Source: the human T2T-CHM13v2.0 reference genome, Homo sapiens. Taken from it: a DNA stretch of 64,000 nucleotides. The number at the start of each line of letters is the position of its first letter. The stretch's first letter is position 1. Below, in pieces: positions 58,173-64,000 of this stretch. Location of the stretch: NCBI RefSeq assembly GCF_009914755.1, contig NC_060936.1. One strand, 5' to 3'. The notes beneath the pieces were generated by a model. That model saw nothing but the letters and a program-made list of their open reading frames with translations. It had not been told where the DNA came from and made no database searches. The position numbers were made by a program, and so were the translations under genes.

Positions 58173-59719
58173 TAAAGTTATAAAGAAAAGGATGTTGTCT
58201 TAGCCCAATAAAACTAAAATAGAAAAACAATCAGCAAGATTACTACTATAATTGAAAACAAAAAATAATTTTGTTGGTAAAGAATTCTCATAAATATTAT
58301 GTTACTGTATTTCCTAAGCTTTTTTGTCTTTTTCATTTCTTTACTCTCTTTCTCTCAAACCATCAATTGTAGATTATACCAGCAATAAGGTATATAAAGG
58401 AAGTCATTGTAAAAAGAGTTAATATATCATGACCGAAGCCAAACATATATAGTTTTTTTATAATACCAGCAAAGGAGAAAAAATGTGGGACTCATCCCAT
58501 TAAAAAACTTATTAATGATACTTCACTAATAATACAGACTTCACTAGGTCAGCAGTTTAGCTGAAATAGTGGTCAACCTCATCAAAGTTTGCTTCCTTTT
58601 TCTCTATTGAAATGTTTCTTCACTAAATTGTTTGTGGTGTGCCTATGCCAATGGCTTCGAAGCATTTTCTTTAAAAAAACAAAAAACACCTTAAAACATA
58701 TGCTCTCCCTACGGAATAGATTTATACAATCTATTACTCTTTTGGAAATTGAATATTTTAAATGGCAGTAACAATCAGTTAGTTGACATAAACATTCAGT
58801 AGCTACCCACAATATTTCCATCAAAGGCTAAATAAAAATATGAGATTTCATGTTTTATTCTAAAGACTTGGACTCCTTTATAAAGACAGCAAGAACTGAT
58901 AGTAATTTGTAGTTTTCTAGGAAAACTCTGCCACCTAGAATTTAAATATGGGAATCTATAGTTAGGAAAATGAAATAGACTTCATAGCTGTAGAGAGAAA
59001 ATATGTTGTACAATTTACATACGATTATCTATGGAAAAAGGAGGGAGGGATATCTTAGTCATAGAATTGCAATGTTGTAGGGCAGGAGCTTTGTGAAATT
59101 CACAAAGCAACTTTACTTGAGGTTTGAGAAGTTCTTAGGGTAAAAATTACACACAGTTAGTAATCATAGCTCTAGGTCTTTCTTAGTTACCTGTGGAGCA
59201 CGTTTTCTTTAACAAGTCTTCATTAAATTATGATGTGTCAGGAGATGTGCTATCCACTGGAGATGTAAAATTTAGTTCACATTCTAGTGGGGAAGAGCTA
59301 CATTTTTTAATTACATTTAAAAATGATAAGTATACAATAGAAACATTTTAAACTACTGTAGAGTCACAGAAAAGGAAGTGATTACCTCTCTATAGTGAAG
59401 GAAGTTGGCCAAAGAAGGCTTGCAGAGGAGGAAATAGATAACTGGCCTCAGTGGATACAAAATACATTAACACTCAATCGACTCCACTTGACACCAGACT
59501 AACCGAATCTCTGGCACCTCTATAAACAGACTGCCTGATAAGCATGGCTAGTGGTTGCTTGTGTAGGACCCCACCCACTGGTATGCCTCAAAACTTCTCT
59601 CACTTGAGCATTTGTATGCTTTTCAAGAGTCAAGAGTGTTGATTCCCCAGTGTTTATGCCAGTTGTACTTACTATTGTAGTTACTCAATGTAATTAAATA
59701 TTATACAAGCCAGTTCTAT

Positions 59720-60420
59720 TTCAGCATGAAAATGAAGAGAACTGAAGGTCTATAAAAGCTAATGCTTTGGAAAGACTTCATGTAATAGCCATTATAAAAA
59801 AATTGAAATTGTGCTTACATCAGATATAGGTAAGACACCTATAAGTAACTGGAAGAAAATTATAGACATCTAGATGGATTTTGCACTCATATTACTTTGC
59901 AAGGGCATTAAATTTCTACTCATCTTGAAATCAAATGAAATCAAAACTAAAAAATGTAAAACGGTGCGAAAAGGACACAGATAATGCAATAGGAACTATG
60001 AGAAATTGTATTAGTCTGTTTTCATGCTGATGATAAAGACATACCCGAGACTGGGAAGAAAAAGAGGTTTAACTGGACTTACAGTTCCACATGGCTGGGG
60101 AGGCCTCAGAATCATGGCAGGAGGTGAAAGGCACTTCTGACACAGAGGCGACATGGGAAAATGAGGAAGATGCAAAAGCAAAAACCCCTGATAAAACTAT
60201 CACATCGCATGAGACTTATTCACTACCACAAGAACAGCATGGGGGAAACTGCCCCTATGATTCAAATTATCTCCCACTAAGTCCCTCCCACAACATGTGG
60301 GAATTATGGAAGTATCATTCAAGATGAGATTTGGGTGGGGACACAGCCAAACCATATCAGGAATGTTCATCAGCAAAGAAAAAGCCTTGGCTCCACATTG
60401 AAAGTTTGACAATGAAATGA
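59720..60420 (+). mobile_element. Ancient Tigger/pogo transposase N-terminal fragment split by THE1
   Basis: Degenerate NALERL (aatgctttggaaagactt) ...KEKALA (aaagaaaaagccttggc) motifs. Confidence 0.45.
60007..60359 (-). mobile_element. THE1A-like solo LTR
   Basis: tgtattag..accatatca termini; TSD gaaat/ggaat. Confidence 0.9.
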
Positions 60421-60458
60421 TATATTTATACATTTTAATTTAAAACAATTAAAAACTA

Positions 60459-60760
60459 GGCCATGCGCAGTGGCTCACACCTGTAATCCCAGCACTTTGG
60501 GAGGCCAAGGCGGGCAAATCATTTGAGTTCAGGAGTTTGACTGGCCAACATGGTGAAAACCCCCAGTCTCTACTAAAAATACAAAAATTAGCTGGGCGTG
60601 TTTGCGGGTGCCTGTAATCCCACCTACTCAGAAGGCTGAGGTGGGAGAATTGCTTGAACCCGAGAGGCAGAGGTTGCAGTGAGCCAAGATTGTGTCACTA
60701 CACTCCAACTTGGGTGACAGAGTGAGACTCTGTCAAAAAAAAAAAAAGAAAGAAAAAAAA
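60459..60760 (+). mobile_element. AluS
   Basis: Dimer with A tail. Confidence 0.9.
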
Positions 60761-60766
60761 CACCTA

Positions 60767-61129
60767 TGGTCATGCATCACTTAATAACAGGAATACATCC
60801 TGGGAAGTGTGTTGTTAGATAATTTTGTCATTGTGTGAACATCATAGCATGTACTTACACAAGCCTACACATGTAGGCTATGTGGTATAGCCCATTGCTC
60901 CTAGGCTACAATCCTGTACAGCATGTTGCTGTACAAAATACCGCAGGCAATTGTAACACAATGGTAAGTATTTATATATTGAAACATAGAAAAGGTAATG
61001 TATTGTGCTGTGACATTATAACATCACTAGACAATAGGAATTTTTCAGTTCCATTATACTCTTGAGGGATCACCATCATATATATGTGCTTCATCATTGG
61101 CCAAAGCATTGTCATGCAGTGCCTGACTG
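60767..61129. mobile_element. Tigger3a-like MITE
   Basis: gtcatgcatcacttaa...gcctgactg termini with TA on both sides. Confidence 0.85.
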
Positions 61130-61253
61130 TAATTACAAATAATTTTTATATATAGAAAAAGGTAATTAATAAAATAAATAGATGATAGGTAATTGATAAT
61201 TAGATCACTCTATCAATTACAGATCCAGTTTCCTTGGTTAAAAAGGCATAGTG

Positions 61254-61324
61254 TACCCTAAAACTTAAAGTATAATAATAAAAAAAAAAAGCAAAAGAGA
61301 GAACTGCCATGAAAAAAAAAAAAG
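61254..61324 (+). mobile_element. Ultra-short young L1PA insertion with 3' transduction
   Basis: taccctaaaacttaaagtataataat + A11 + 21 unique nt + A12; TSD AAGGCATAGTG. Confidence 0.85.
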
Positions 61325-61325
61325 A

Positions 61326-61570
61326 AGGCATAGTGGTTAAGAGCACAGACTCTGGAACCAGATTGCATAGGTCAAATTCTGGTTCCACCACTTACAAGCT
61401 ATGTTGCCTCAGGCAAGTAGTCAAGTTAATCTCTTTGTACCTTAGTTTTATCACTTGTTGAAGGGGGCTAATAATATAGTTTTTCTAAAAGATTTATCTT
61501 AAAGATTAAATTAGTATATATAAAGAACTTGGGACAACACCCGACACAGTAAATGTTGTATAAGTCTTGG
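61326..61570 (+). mobile_element. MIR
   Basis: agtggttaagagcacagactctgga...aatctctttgtaccttagtttt. Confidence 0.8.
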
Positions 61571-62689
61571 CTATTACCAGCATAGCTATTACCAGTACTA
61601 GTAACAGAACTAGTACTGCTACTAATACTGATAACTGTATTTTGCCAGGGAGAGAGACAGAAGAAGGATGGGAAGAGGAGAATGCATTTGCAAGAGGGAA
61701 TGACCTGCAAACCATGCCAACTGGAAGTGTAGTGCATTTGGGAGAGATAAACAATGAGGCAGTCTTAGGTTTGCTGGCAAAGTTGCTTTTCTGTCATTCC
61801 ATTCCTAGTGTACCCTCTACCTCTAATTCTCTCTGCTCTCTTGATCATTTATTATATGTCAGGTTTTGAGATGCTGATGAACAAGAGTGATCTCAAAACT
61901 TTACAAATTTATAATTTAGCAGGAAATTTTAGTATGTAAATCATATGTTATTAAGAATATACATGCTGTTAAGAATGTATTGTACATTCTATATATAAAA
62001 ATGTTATTGGTGCAAAGAACAGGATGCGAGAAACTGACCTGAGAGAGTATGATGGAAAGTAATAATTGAGCTGGATGTTAAGGATGAGTAAGTGTTTATT
62101 CATAAATAGCAGCATAAAATAATTAGTATCCAACATGCCTAATTGCCATCACTAGACTTACTAGACGAGGCAATCAGAGTGCCCTTTTCAAGTAGTTAGA
62201 ACAACAAAGAAACCTTCTGACTACAGTAAAAGATTTGGAAAGTATAACATTTATATCACAAGGTCATTGTTATTTTCTATTTGATTTATCCTTGATAAAA
62301 CTCTGAAATGTGTCATTGAGCCACACCACCCTTAAGTCAAATGACTTCTGAAATACCTTTTTTTCTGTTTTCCTATTTTTTAGCTTTCTAACTTAGACAA
62401 CTGGCAAGATAAAAATGAACATGAAATGTTGAGAACAACCACCAAGAAAAGGCTATAACCATTGTTCACTGTCTTTCCTTTCAGCACAATAAAATAAAAG
62501 GAGATTCCATAAAATAATTTCACTTTGATACCATGCATTGTGGGCAACCTCATTCTGGCATTTTCATTCTGTGCCTCATGTTGACATTATCGACATGAGG
62601 GAGGGAGAGAGCTATCTTCTTAAGGAATGCTCACTAAATATTTGAAATGAACAGTGATGAGATCAAGCATTCAGCAACAGAATTCAGCA

Positions 62690-62905
62690 TAGAAAAGCAG
62701 CTATAGCACCAGTCCTGAAGTTAATCAACCCTGGATCCAACTCCTACTCCACTACTTATTTGCTGTGTGACAATAGAAAAGTTACTGAACTGTGAACTTC
62801 ATTTGTAAAATGCAGATACTAATTCTTACCCTCTACCATTTCTGGAATATCAAGTAAAATTTGTAATAGAACACTTGTACATTGTAGATAGTTAATGAAT
62901 GCTTC
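62690..62905 (+). mobile_element. MIR
   Basis: actacttatttgctgtgtgac...catttgtaaaatg. Confidence 0.6.
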
Positions 62906-62979
62906 TTGAATGAATAAAGTTATTTTCATTCGTCAGCTTTTTGAAAAATACTTTATTGGTTTTTCATTACAACAGTAAT

Positions 62980-63395
62980 TGTATTTGTCTGCTATGGTTG
63001 CCATAACAAAGTACCACAGATTGGATAGTTTAAACAACAGTAATGTATTGTCTCACAGTTCTGGAGGCTGGAAGTCCAAAATCAAGGTGCTGGCAGGGTT
63101 GGTTCCTTCTGAGAGCTGAGAGAGAAGGATCTCTTCCAGGCCTCTTTCTGTGGCTTATAAATGGCTACCTTCTCACTGTGTCTCTTTACATTGTCTTTCC
63201 TCTATGTACATCTGACTCTGTGTCCATATTTCCCCTTTTTATAGGATACCAGTCATAAGGGCACCTACTCCAATATTATCTCATCAGAACTAATTATATC
63301 TGCAATGACCCTGTTTCCAAATAGGTCAAATTCTGAAGTACTGGGGGTTAGGACTTGAAACATAAATTTTGGGGGATGAATTTCAATCTATAACA
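62980..63395 (-). mobile_element. MLT1B-like solo LTR
   Basis: Complete LTR with perfect TSD GTAAT (62975-79, 63396-400). Confidence 0.88.
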
Positions 63396-63452
63396 GTAAT
63401 AAAGGCTCTCTGTAATATTTCAAGCTATATAGGGATATAAAAAATTAATATT

Positions 63453-64000
<548 letters not shown>

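Overview
Primate (most likely human) non-genic, repeat-rich DNA. I found no intact protein-coding gene, RNA gene, CpG island or CRISPR array. Landmarks are a full-length processed RACGAP1 pseudogene (minus strand, 8981-12079) and a 5'-truncated processed SSB/La pseudogene (plus strand, about 18400-19806). From memory, unverified, this would be RACGAP1P1 at 12q12 near DBX2. The rest is L1 (PB, PA, M), L2, MIR, Alu, THE1/MST/MLT LTRs (including a full THE1 provirus with a nested LTR) and DNA transposon fossils (Tigger1, Tigger3a, MER20, MER53, MER58). I did not find a new biological system in the strict sense. The most notable observations are retrotransposition structures readable from target-site duplications (TSDs): (1) an orphan 616-bp polyadenylated insert bounded by an 18-bp TSD; (2) the RACGAP1 retrocopy inserted in sense just downstream of a THE1 LTR promoter position; (3) a roughly 26-bp L1 insertion carrying a 21-nt 3' transduction tag; (4) a FAM-SINE/SSB fusion; (5) an old/young L1 chimera with discordant flanks; (6) an in-frame nested LTR creating a 253-codon chimeric ORF. 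Repeat subfamily calls come from recalled consensus sequences and need RepeatMasker/Dfam confirmation.
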